Positions 1 through 12,208 of a DNA stretch of 64,000 nucleotides are shown in pieces. The notes below the pieces were generated by a model. That model did not search any database. It was given only the letters and a program-made list of their open reading frames with translations, and had not been told where the DNA came from. The stretch comes from Cystobasidiomycetes sp. EMM_F5 (Eukaryota). A program made the position numbers and the translations under genes. Within the stretch, counting starts at the first letter, position 1. Every line of letters begins with the position of its first letter. The stretch lies in the NCBI GenBank assembly GCA_051047955.1, contig JBPGPT010000014.1, positions 1-64,000 of the forward strand, given 5' to 3'.

Positions 1-253
1 TTCTAAAAGAGCAGAGTGTTAATAGCGGAACAGATATTAGATATCAACACTTGGGGAATTAAACACTAATAACTGATTTGTCGTGAAGAATAATTGAATT
101 GCTTAGCTGTCAGCCCTTTTGCAAGGCCAAAATGCTCAGAAATTAATTATTGCAGACTAGGATCATTAATTCGCAGACTGGCGTATTATTCCACCTCATT
201 TTAGTCCACTTTCGCATGCCATAGAAACTGCCTGCATTTCATGCCACGATACA

Positions 254-1908
254 TCACAACTTAGAACGATTTCTGCCGCAAGAGCGGATGCTCCCATCCA
301 ACGACAAATCCCTCAGATTCTCAACGCTGACATCATATCCAAGCTCTTGCAGAATGTCTGAGGTATGCAAGCCAGCCTCTATTTCGATCTTTGTATCCTG
401 GCCGATTGTAGGTGCTGCAGTCCGTGATAACAAAGGAGCCGGATGGGGTATACCGTATTTCTCTCCCAATCTCTGCGATGCCTCCTGCGGCTCGAGAACG
501 GGTGCTACGCATGCGTCTGTTCCTGTGAAGATACGCTCCCATTCGTCTCTCGTCTTTCTCTGGAACAATTTCTCGAATAAAGCTTTGGTGCGAGGCCAAG
601 TGCTCCTAACATTCTGCTCTCGAGGGGAAGGGGTCCAGTTTTCAGAGCCTGGAGCGAGGCTACCAGCAGGCCCTGAATGTTTTGACAGTGTGTCACTGTT
701 GTGTGAAAGTATCAATGCATTGTCTCGTTTGTCCGTAGTGTCCATCTCACAGGAATATGGCGTAGAATTTGGGTTCGATAGCTCCTAGACTGACGTACTT
801 GTCATCGAGAGTCCGGTAAACATTATAGTCTGTAGATCTTCTGTGAATTAGAAGCTCGTATAAACAATGCAATAGTCTTACAGGGTGCTCCTCCGTCAAG
901 AACATTATGTCCTGGCTCATGTGAGAAGAACTGCATCTTCGCGCCACGACGCCTTGACAACAACGGAAAGGTAGACACATATCGCGTGCCTGTTACCTGT
1001 AGGGAAGGTCAACATAATTAGGGGTTGCAGCTAGGCTGTCTGCATACCATATCTGCTGAGACAACCTGACCGCTACCACTGGTGCTCCGCTCCAGCAAGG
1101 CTAATAAGATACCCTGTAGACAGATCAGTCCGCCACCCGCAAAATCTTTCAGATCATATCAGCCGCGTTGGAGCGCGTTTATCTAACTTTGCGCGACCAA
1201 CCTGCAATTAGATTTAATGGCGGATAAGGTATGCCACCGCCTGGTCTGAGCATCTACGTGTGGCAGGAGTAGCTATTCAGCCTTAGATCATGGTGAGTAA
1301 CTGCACACTTACTGAAAGAACTCCGCTCAGAGCAAGGTAATTGATGTCGTGGCCGGCCATGTCTTGATAATGAGATGTGGGAGTATATCCGACTAGTCGC
1401 GCATATATCAATCTAGAATTAGTGGCCATGCAGTCAGATGGGCCAAGGTGCAATCGTTCCAGTGTGCCGGGGCGATATGGATCGATGAGTACGTCGGCCG
1501 AGCGTACTAGCTTTCGAATGATTTCCAGACCGCGCTGTGTTTTCGGTGACACGCAGATTGATCGCTTTCCGCTTCGAGCAGCCATGTCAGTATTGAACAC
1601 CTTACCAGGCGGAATCGTGGACGGACCGAGCCAGAACGTCAGCATTCGCAGGCGCTTGGTCTGGACGGTCAATGCGGATGACGCTGTGTAAACCCCGCTT
1701 CAGTTGCTGTGCTTCCTTGTATGCAGAGCAGCGGCATTTTAGAAGACTGACTTTGCGCCATAGTCTGCTAGAACCACTTCAAGAGACGTGTTGTATTCAG
1801 TTGTGTCCTGCAACTGCGTTAATGCTGTTCCCCACTTCCGCAGAAAGGCGCGGGTGCGAGCCCTGCAAATTCCACTACATTGATGCCAGTCAGTGGTCGA
1901 CGTGTCAT
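254..1908 (-). CDS. Alpha-methylacyl-CoA racemase / CoA-transferase family III, multi-exon, C-terminal PTS1 (SKL)
   Basis: Spliced N-terminus [32 protein letters not shown]; motifs [38 protein letters not shown]; ends RNRSKL*. Confidence 0.92.
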
Positions 1909-2049
1909 CCTGGTCGGGAGATGGACGAGCTCAGTAGGTGAAGGTGAGGAGACCTCGATTGATGTGTTCCAAGTCTGTGGCCAAAACGTCGACAGCCGAC
2001 CTCTGCTGTACCCATTTCAATATCCACACATGACGAAGCTGTGACCAGT

Positions 2050-3149
2050 ATGCAAGCTGATGACGAGATCTATGGGGAACTGCCGCCTTCACTACGAAAG
2101 AAGGTGTGCGGCTAAACAGGCAGACGACAAACTGACAGCTGATTCAAACTGATGGCATCGCAGTTGCAGCCCAATACACGTCGCAGCTCGAATAGCTCCA
2201 CTCCTGAAGTGAAGACTGGGTTCGTGGGGCTGGTGCCCATAGCGGCAGGGTCATCAATTCCTCAGAAGTTGGCTGGTCGTCCATTACCCTTAGTAAATCC
2301 ATCCAAAGTGTCCGATAGACGCAAGAAGGAGTTGGAAGTCAAGGAAGTTGAGCGACAGAAGAGAAAACTAGCATCGAAGAGACGCCGTAGCGGCAGGCCG
2401 GTCAAGGGAGACCGATCTGCGCAGATTCTGCGGGGACGAAAGCCATTTGTACGGGGCCGAGCGAGGTGAGACAAATTTTATTATGTGAATACATATCCTC
2501 TCAAACGTGCGTGCACTACTACAGCTACGCTCTGCTAGAGCCATTGCATCAATTATGGCTGGGCTACGTATCTGAACTCTTGGGCGTAGACTTGCAAACC
2601 GAGCCCTCCACGACTTCCTCCTTAGATATTGGCATGACGTTGGACCCACCGTCCGCCTCGACTACAAATGGATCGACAACTGAGCATACGATCACCGCGA
2701 GTCAGGCTCAATCCTGGCAGACAAAGCTGGTCAAGGCTGACTTCCACGGCGCTAAACTGTCAGGTATGAAATGCATTCGAGCCATTGACTTCCTATCTAA
2801 TGAAGCCGTCCCAGTGGTGAAAGCGAAGAATCCTGCCCTCATTGGCCTTTGCGGGATCGTGGCTCAGGAGACAGAGGGAACGTTCAGATTAGTCACGGTG
2901 AAGGACGATGTTAAGAGTAAGCGAGACTGTAATGCATTTGATGTAATCAATCTCACGACTTATTCCACTACAGCCATACCTAAACTCAACGTCACTTATC
3001 AGTTTTCCCTCCCGTTAGCATCTACCACCACGCAAAGAGCTGCGCAAATCTGCTTTGAACTCTACGGCGGAAACTTTGCATTTAAGCCAGCAGACAGGGC
3101 TACGAGAAAGTTCAAGAACCATGGAGTCGCAGCTCTGGATTACCATTAA
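2050..3149 (+). CDS. POP4: RNase P/MRP subunit Rpp29/Pop4
   Basis: LHQLWLGYVSELL, KLVKADFHGAKLS, AKNPALIGLCGIVAQET, FKPADRATRKFK; start codon approximate. Confidence 0.9.
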
Positions 3150-3520
3150 CGTTGAAATCTGGTGCAACTCAGAAAGTGACACATTGAGCAATAATATCGC
3201 GGTTGCAACAAGGAAATTGATCAATCAGTAGAATGTCGTTGTACACCGATTTTCCATGTCTTCCTGTTGCGGTAGGCTAAGAAAAGTAAGACTGCTCATG
3301 TAATTGCGGCTTTATTCTGACTGGCACCAGCGTCATTTCGGCAATCGGTGATGACCGAGTCGCATAGACCCCCGAAGCCAGTTCCATGTTGGAACCGCTG
3401 GTCAAATCCGCGTGTACAGTTGCAGGTTACACCCCTGCCACGAGAGGCGACTTGCGTGAAGTCACGCGGGCCGTACGCGTGCTCTGACAAACCTGCTTTG
3501 GTCGCCAGCCACCAGTAACC

Positions 3521-4363
3521 ATGCGTACACGGAGATCCTGCTGTACACTTCCCGCAACATTGGTACTGGCTTCCCTCGTTACCAGCACTACAGCAGGCTG
3601 TACTACTGATGCTAACGGCGATCACGATGTATGTATGAGTTAAAGCCTGCCGACGGCAGAAAACTGAAGCTGCCTTTCCACTTTCCGTCTCTTTAGTGCG
3701 ACGGTCTCAGGTGAGAACACCAAGAAGAGGGTTTGTGCCTACATTGTGAACTCAATATCCCTCTTTTAAAAAGCTGGACTACTCGTATCTGGATTATCGT
3801 AGCTGCCGGCGTGGTTTTCGTTATTCTGTCAATACTCGCTATCTGGCTACTGAAACGACGAATGCTCAACAAACGGCATATGCCTCGAGGGCCCAAAAAC
3901 GCTGTGCGGTACGAGAGCGGTCAGTTTTGGGAGCAAAGGGCTGCACATCTGCCCGGCTTCCAGCCGCCTTCCGATATGCTACCCGTACACTCGAGATCCG
4001 AACCCAGATGGCGCATTGAGGATCCCAATCTAAGCCGAGCCTTGTCCACAGAGCATGGTAGACAGCTCGTTCACCATGCAAGACCAGCTGTGGGTGTCAG
4101 CAGAATCACCTCAAAGTCAGCAGCCACTTACAACAAGTTTCCGAACCACCACTGACATGGATTGCCGCAGCACTTCCCGAGTGTCAGAGGCGTTGCCGTC
4201 TTACGAAAAGTCATTGAGCATGCCCACAGCATTAGCCGCTGTGGGCGCAACTCCTCCTGGCTCTCCAGGTTTACGACCTTCCTTTGACTCCCAAGCGACA
4301 GTCACGGAATCGTTTCAGGCACCTCACACTGCGCGTCAGCATCCAAAGATTGATGAAGAGTAG
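3521..4363 (+). CDS. Hypothetical single-pass type I membrane protein (signal peptide, tiny ectodomain, TM helix, LPSY motif in tail)
   Basis: MRTRRSCCTLPATLVLASLVTSTTAGCTTDANGDHD|CDGLS|WTTRIWIIVAAGVVFVILSILAIWLLKRR joined by GT-AG introns; last exon inferred from a branch/acceptor near 4155-4170. Confidence 0.6.
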
Positions 4364-4722
4364 ATACCGACCAATTCTATTTCTTTAGCTAGCAAGCTAC
4401 ATCTACGAATGTTCAATTGGTCAGCCGATGCCACAGAATGGAAGCTTCAAGTTTAGGAGAAGTCACATACAACACCAAACTTGTGTATCGCTATATCGCT
4501 GCTGTTTATAGTATAAATGATGAATAGGTGTAACGAATAGCCGTATAGAGCTTAACTGCTCCAGGTTAATTTACATTTCCTCGCTGACATCCTCGATATT
4601 GCCTCGGCTTCGGCTTTCAGCGTCATTCGGCAAACAGCACAGCACGAATGAAGACGCAAGTACCGTCAGGGTTTGTTTTCTGTCCATCATTTGTCTGCAG
4701 CATCTGACACACCGCAGCCATC

Positions 4723-6099
4723 ATGTCGACTGTGCAGCCAACGCACATCGGTATTTCAGACTCGTCTCCAGCCGTCGACCCGTCAAATTCCCATCATTTG
4801 GGCATGCAGCAGGCTGTGCTATCACGAAGTCGAGAGACCACGCCAGAGCCATTCCCCATAGTCCATCCCGGTGATCTGAGTGCCGAGCAGGCTGCTGATA
4901 TCGAGAAGGCCCACGACGCTATGCCAGAGGAGCATCTCCCCACAGTTGGATTCATTATCCCTTTCCCCACATATCAAGGCGATGGAAAGGACACTGTAAA
5001 AGACGAACTTCGACGGGAACACGTCCCACCGTTCTTGATCTACTGTCCACCACCCGCGCGCAAGATTAAACCTCCGGAAGGTCAGAAGGAGAATCTGCTC
5101 GACAAGGCCACGAGACATTGGGAGAAGGAGGAGGACTCTACCCGAGGCAAGACCGGGTTCAAGGCCAAAGCCGTTGGAGTGAGGCGCTCATTGAGCTAAC
5201 GTTGTCTCAATGCTTACCAAAACCGTCTGCAGCTCATCGGCAAAGGAATGAGTATGACCAAGAATTCTGGCATAGAATTTCTCACTCGTACACCGAACAA
5301 GAAGAAGCTGAAAGAAGTAGGCCGGTTCATAGTCGCAGAATATGTTCGCTGACTAGAACTGTGTAGATCCGGCTCATGTACCCTTCTGAGTATCCATCCG
5401 AGGACTTGAAAGGAGACTTTAACAAACTCATAACGCAAACGAAAAAGGGAGCTCAAAGGAATTCTATAATCGCCACGACTCTTACGCCGTTCGCCCTAGC
5501 GTTCGGTAGGCATTGAAATGTTTGACGCCACCCATGACGACTGACATGTCTGCCAGACACTGTAACATTCATTCCAGGTAGATCGCGTCATCTTGATGTG
5601 GACTCAAGAGTAATACTTACCATTCTTCAGGTCCCTTCGAGGTATGCTGTGTTTGGGCAGGTTCGTCCTGGATCGGCTCTTCGCGAGCAACTGCTATGTA
5701 GGCGCAGCATTGCTTCCAACGAAGAATAAATGAATGCTCAAGTGTCTTCTATGCAACCCTTATTTCAGCGCAAACGGAGTCACATCCGACAAAGTTCCGC
5801 TCAATTTTGCCAAGACTGACCATCTGCGACCGCTCGTATATCGCTTGCAAGAATTGGTGGGACATCAGGTCTCCCGCAGTACCTTCAAGCCGGCACCTTG
5901 GGAAGGGGAGGGCACACCGGCTCGCGGTCCGCAGATGGCCAGTATTATCCTGGACATTCTGCAACAACAGCTCAATGGGGACCTCAGCTCTTACGACACT
6001 GACCGCACACGGATAGCAGAGGATATCGATAACATTCTCCAGAAGGCAGCCAAAGAATGGGCCAAAGCTGCAAAGGCAGATCCGAAACCCAAGAAGTAA
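4723..6099 (+). CDS. Hypothetical fungal protein, multi-exon
   Basis: ORFs 4723-5199 and 5734-6099 linked by several short exons with consensus introns; coding-like composition. Confidence 0.7.
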
Positions 6100-6357
6100 C
6101 GCTCTCCATCCGGTGCATAATGATTGACGCGCTGCCATCATGGCTGTGTATCACAACATGGCACAATAGTTATGCGACATTTGCATATTCGGCGGTCCCA
6201 TAAGATTGCGTATGTATCTGATGTTCCTGTCCAATCTATACATACCCATTCAAATGATCTCGATCTATATTGCCTAAACCCGAAATCCCGCACCTCCCCA
6301 ATCGGATAGACCAGAAGCATTGATCACGTTCGGAGCTCCGAGCGCAGTCCAATGTGG

Positions 6358-7359
6358 TTACGCATCTTCCACGTTTCCATTCAACAACACGTTACTGACG
6401 ACTGAACTGGAACCATCTTGGAAATGGACCTGGACATCGAAAGGCCCAGTACCAAGACCGGCTAACACAATCACGAGATAAAGCAAGGTTTATTAGAAGG
6501 CGCTATGACAAGAAATGGCCTGCACCGACCTGATGCAAGAAAATAGTTGTAGTCTTGCCTGACCAGTGTCTGACTGGAAGACGATCCAGCCTGCGCTACA
6601 CCGACAGATTGCACCGGTAGTGCAGCTCCGCGAATCTGGATGCCAGCCCAATTTGCAGATGAGCCTGATTTCCTGACAGCGATACATCAATGGCCGGAAC
6701 GCCGCCAAGTCACTAAATAAAGCGACTTACCACCATACCGAGAGATTATTCGTTTCCAGGCCAGCGACCTCGCAATCTACGAACTGCCATGTCACAGGTC
6801 CTGTTCCTGACGTGCTGATAATCTTGTTGAAAGCTGTAGTGGACAAGTCAAGGCTCCCTGCTGGACATTCGGGACACTGGATTGCGGTAGGTGATCAGTA
6901 TGACCTGGTGTCGAAGACAATAGGCAGGGCGCAAGTTACTTTATTGGTGATTTGTAAGTTCACAGTACCCTTGTCGCCGGTGACAGCCAAACAGGCACCT
7001 AGTGATGAAGGATTGAACGGACGCGGTGGATATGATAATCGAACGAACGTACCGCAGAATGCAGCGTCATCCCAAGCGGCACCGGAAAACGCAACAAACA
7101 TCTATTTGGCAGATTTAGCGGCACCATGGTTGGAAAGGCCTTGATCACACACCAGATCGGCACGAGCAGGTAATTTGCAGTTACCGCCGTTGCCGTTGTC
7201 GCCATACGATGTGGCGGTTCCCGTCAACGGGCCATTATAGTTTGCTATGCTGGACGTTCCGGCTCTCTGAACGATGGCAGGAGACATACCCTTGAGCACT
7301 GCTGGAAGCGCACTGGCCCAATCCGAAAATGCTAGGACGGTAGCAACGGTGAAAAGCAT
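6358..7359 (-). CDS. Secreted expansin-like protein (DPBB domain plus CBM63-like domain)
   Basis: Signal peptide; GTATSYG..GGNC, AAFCG, CPECPAGSLDLS, WQFVDC, KSGSSANWAGIQIR, RQDYNYF, GLGTGPFDV. Confidence 0.88.
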
Positions 7360-7799
7360 ATTCGACGCGGGTAAGCGTAAGAGAGGTATTAAAGTGCACG
7401 AAGCTCAGGGCCACAGCGTTGCTCCTGAGATATACGGAAAGGCCCAGTTCTAGTTTCAGACGCGGCTTCGAAGCGGAGTTTTCCGGCATTCAAGCCTTGC
7501 TTCCAAGACTGTGCGAAAACAGAAGTGGCACAAAAGAGCGCACCATCGTCAGCATGTCATTTTCACTTCAGAGGAGTTGTTGAGATCATAGCGTCAGCTC
7601 GTGAGGACATGCCCAGCGCTTCTTGTACACTATGTGGGTGCAGGAGGCCTGAAAGCAAGTCACATAGCGTAAATATCAGATTCAGATAGCTTCAATCAGC
7701 ATGGACATCGAATAGGAGAGAAGAGGTCTAAGCGGGTGTTGAAGTGCAACTATCGCACTAGGTAAATTTCAAGTGTTCCACATTGCTGTAGTCGGGTGA

Positions 7800-9361
7800 C
7801 TATGCTACAATCCCATTTGTCGGAGTTGGCAGAATCGCCGACAATTCGTCTTTGCGCCCTTGCATCTCATCTTCGGGGAGAACACTTGCCCCACCAACGG
7901 TCACCAAAGCTCCGCCCCAGTACTCATAATCGCGCGAACTTCCGGTCTGATGGGCGCAAGCGTCAGCGTGCAATGCTTACACAGATAATGCACAAAGACA
8001 GACCTTCACTCTCCGCTTCCGTAGCATATTTTGAGATGATATGGGGATGAAATAAGCTGCTTTCCGCTTCTCGTTGTCGCCGTCGGACAGCCGGAAGACA
8101 AACTCGTTTCTCGTCTCTCTCCGAATGGCATCGTAATCTCGGATATGTCGGAAAGCATAGACGACGCTCTCGGATTCTTCTGAGAATTCATGATTGCCTT
8201 CGGTAGACGCCGCCCTGTCGATCTGTTGTTGCATGAGCTCGCTGTCAACATCTTTGCCTTGCCTTCTCCGCTGGCCGTATGAAGTCTCAGTAGGTGCGTC
8301 CTCTGGCAAATAGTATGCAATCTGTATAGCGCCATTCTCGTCCAGCTCCCCAGTAATCGGGCGGAATACGGCAAGATCTGCAGAATTGGCGGTAGAGTAG
8401 GAGACATCTGTCTGCGGGACAGAATTAATCAAGGTTCATACGCTGTTTGCGATACAAGACTTACAAGTGCGCGGTTACGAATGGCCATCGGATTTTCCGA
8501 GAATTTGAACAAAGCATACTGGTTTGCCCATAACGCTTCATCCGGCAAAATATCGTATGATTCGACAGCTTCGAGATGGGCTTTAGTAGGATGTCGTAGC
8601 AATGATAACGGCGTTTCGATTGCCGCAAATGTAGCAGTGATGGCTTCAATCTGTTGCTCTAGGGACTGTCCCACATGAGACGTGGAGGGTTGACTCGTCA
8701 ACCTGAAACAAGATTTTCGTAAGCAAAGGCACATGTTGAAGCCGGTGAGTGGGGTGAGAATGAAACCTACTGTGTGACGAGGGCTTCCCTTTTGGCGGCT
8801 GTAGTGGCTTTCGCTTGTACAGTATAGTCTGTACGCTGTAGCCAGGCCACATCTTTCTTGCGCTTCTCCAACGCAGCCGGGTTGGCATTCTGTACACCCA
8901 CTCGACCGCTTCCTACGAGGTCCAGACTCGCTCCAGACACGTGTGGCATAAGACCTGCAGCCGCAGTATTCACCCCAGGCGGATCCACGAGGAGAGCCAA
9001 ATCATCTTCATCCATCTCTGCTGGCTCGAGTGTCATGTCTGGAGCCATATTGCCGGATCTTCCTTGACTCGCAGACTGCCAATATCCCGGTACTAAGTTT
9101 TGGTCGAGATGCATTCCGCCTTCCTGGTCAACAATCATCGGAGTCGCCCTTTCCATGCATAATGGCACCAGGAAATCGTAGCTGGCATATCGCTCTGGAT
9201 CTGTCTTTATCGTAAGGAGCTTCGGAGGAAAGGCTGGCGGCGGTAGTGGATTTTGAAAGCGTTGTCGGACCAAAAGATCCGTTTTGCTGTACCAGAATCT
9301 TATATTTCAGCAGTCTTTACTGCATGATTACCTTGTTTCTTGCTTACCTCCGTTTAGACAT
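7800..9361 (-). CDS. PAF1: RNA polymerase II-associated factor Paf1
   Basis: DLLVRQRFQNPLPPPAFPPKLL, VAWLQRTDY, QIEAITATF, LRHPTKAHLEAVESYDILPD, AYFIPISS. Confidence 0.9.
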
Positions 9362-9575
9362 ATCTCGACACTTGGCGTGTGGTCATGCCGCAGTAACACA
9401 CAGTCTATGATATTGCTTGTGATCGGTACGCGCAAACCCGTACTGCAACTACGGACCTCCTACGATAAACACAGCAACCTGCACAACAGCTTCGGTTTAC
9501 ATGCGCTTTTTCAACTGGTGTCGCTACTTTGGAAGTACATCACTTGTTTGACATGATGCGTTTACAAAGCCATAT

Positions 9576-10747
9576 CTACGACAGACGTTTCGGATCCGTC
9601 TTCAGGCCTGCATTGCTACCCTTCTCGATGTCTGCAGCATACAAAGCCGCCCCGCATGCATTCGTAAAGGAGAAGAGGATGTTCGCGACCGGCACAATCT
9701 GCAGCAGCAGGGCCGAAACACCAAGGCCGCTGTAAAAAATGTCTCCATCAGTATATCGCTGTAGCGCGATTGTACGGTCATTCAGCTTACGTATACGCTC
9801 CACGTCTCTCCTTGATTTGGGTAGCCTTTGCACTCGCAGTCAGCTTCTTCAGCTGAAAGTATCGCGCTGTGAAAATGGGTAAGTGGGGCTATTTGGATAC
9901 ATGTCGATGCACCCATACCGTGCAAATCTGGACCGCTCTTGGCACCGTTAATAAGGAAGCTGACAAGCAAGGTGTCAGCACTGTATAGAACAGGTAGAAC
10001 CAGCAAGCTCACAAGATGACTGTCCCGACGACAGGGATAAAGTTTAATGGCAGAGTGAGCAGATAGTAGGCCACGCTATCGGAGAATGATCAGATCATAT
10101 TCGCAGCACCCTTCCTCCTCTTTACTGGGGACTCACGCTGAAGGGGAGAAGCGGGCGAGCGGGTTCAGCAGCACTTTGCCAAACTTCTTGGTTGTGCCGT
10201 CTTGCTTGACTTCACGACCGTTTGCGACCAACTCTGACAGTCCTCTGTTCAGCAGAGTCCGGTCAAAGACCTCGGTGGTAGCTGAGTCAAGAATGAATGC
10301 CTTGGACAGTGTTTGGAAAATCTATACGCCATGCTCAGCATTGTCGGAAGCCAGTCTCTTTACGGAGTCTTACGATGTAGCTTTCCGACAAGACCAAGGG
10401 AACCGCACTGACAAATCCCCACGGACCGAAGGTAATTACTCTGTAGGAAAAATTTGGTTCATGATGACGTCCCATCGCGCTGGACGTCCTTATACTCACG
10501 AAAGGACTGCAGCTTGTGGTAAGTATGCGAAGGTGAACATGAAGCCCAAGACGGCTCCAGAGAGCAGTAGAGCAGGAGGAAGAGCCTTCACAAACGGACC
10601 CCAGCAAGCTCTGTGAGAAGCAAAGTACAGGATACCCTTGAAGGGGTACAGCCAAGCTTGAGAGTGTACTGCATCCTGCGCTGTTCGCACCGCTGCTCTC
10701 GACTGGTTGTGGAGCTCAGACTTTGTGCGGTCGACGTATGCAGACAT
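9576..10747 (-). CDS. EI24/Lds (Rrt8-like) multi-pass membrane protein
   Basis: AWLYPFKGILYF, MFTFAYLPQA, LLQIVPVANILFSFTNACGAALYAADIE; 3' end uncertain. Confidence 0.75.
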
Positions 10748-11037
10748 GGCTTTGACAGTTACGAGACAAAGAAAACGCCTTGCATCGTTCTACTCGTTTG
10801 CAGCCATAGCACGCCGATCATTCTGTCTCAGGCACGCACGTCACGGCACGTCAACAAGTATAACATGAAATGAAGAGAAGCACAAGCGACGAGAGACTGA
10901 GCTGATAGTAGTACAGCATCCACGACTGATACATCCCAATGACTGCACTAATCTGACACTGCTACTCAAATTCTACTGTATTTCTGAGCATTTGCAGACG
11001 TCCCACACCGTTGTTCCCGCTGAGTCTTCATCCACTG

Positions 11038-12002
11038 TTACCACTTCTTTGCAATCATAGACTGAAGTATCATGTACATTAGTCAATTGTAGCTAAAGGA
11101 AAGATCGGCTCAGTCTCACATCGGGTGGCTGGGTTTTGACAGGCCCTTTCTTGACTTCATCCCAGCTTGTACTCAGGGAAGTTCCGTTTGACTCTTGGTA
11201 GCTTTTACGCATTGCCATTCTCTGTTCATCGGTTGCTCCGGCATACAGCTTCTGGAATAGCTTGTTGAGTTCTCGGTCGCCGCCTGCATTTGGGTCCTTG
11301 TTGTCGTCTTTCGCCGGACTGTCCTCTTCTTTCTGAATGCCGGCTGCAATGGCATCCCAGTCTCTCTTGACACGCGCCGAGGTGGGATACGAAGGTCCGG
11401 TACGGTTAGGAGCTGTGCAAAAACGCAAGAGATCTCATCAACGAGGATCACGATTGACTGATGGGCATCAACACACTAGTAGTAGCGTGACTTGTGCTGG
11501 AAGACGACTCTTCGTCCCCCTCGAGATCATTCCAGCGGACATTTGCGACAGTCTTGATGAGCTTCAACTCGATCTTGGTGGTCAAGACACGCCATGTTGA
11601 CTGCTCGACGTCAACGCTTCTAGCGAGTGGGTCCAGATCCCAGACAATCTCCGAGTCATCGGCGTGTCTGATGTTCAGAGACACCTACATCGCACGAGAC
11701 ATAACGTTAGTCATCATGAGTCTGCCACAGCACATTTCATTTGGCGCACAGATCGTGGTTGCAATTCGACCCTGAGGTTTTCCGGCTTGACATTCTTGAT
11801 GAAGACGGATAGGGTGACCTATTAAGAGCATCAACGGGGACGTCTCTAGACCATCCGGATAGACGCTCGACATACGTCCTTGTCTGTTTGAAACCATTCG
11901 TGTCTGGGCAGCACGCCAGTTAGTTTGGAAGTAGGCACCAAACAGTATGGCACCTGAGACCTACCGAATCTTGGGAGCAGGGATTGCCGCGGTTTCAGAC
12001 AT
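11038..12002 (-). CDS. SGT1: Hsp90 co-chaperone Sgt1 (CS plus SGS domains, no TPR)
   Basis: KIR|HEWFQTD, VLTTKIELKLIK..RWNDLE, YPTSARVKRDWD, LFQKLYAGATDEQRMAMRKSYQESNGTSLSTSWDEV, MIAKKW*. Confidence 0.93.
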
Positions 12003-12208
12003 GTTGGGCAATATGATGCTGGAAATGCAATACCGGCAGATGGCAAGGGGTCAACATCTGTAATGGCCGCTTAGAGTCTGTGCGCAGCCTCGACATTCTG
12101 ACGCGGTGAACGGTTTGGCAGATGTCTGCAAGACACGTATGCACGTGGCAGAAAAGCTCGCGCAAGCAGAGAAGTAAGGTACATGCAACTTCGTTTCGTA
12201 GGCGTAAT

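Noticed and set aside
1..250. AT-rich segment at the window start
   Set aside because: No terminal repeats or transposon ORF visible; compatible with 3' UTR or intergenic DNA
3296..3625. Cys-rich 109-aa minus-strand ORF
   Set aside because: Non-ATG start, no signal peptide, overlaps exon 1 of a better-supported plus-strand gene
4515..4590. ATGATGA...CTGA box C/D-like pair
   Set aside because: No convincing guide or terminal stem; CTGAC fits a branch point
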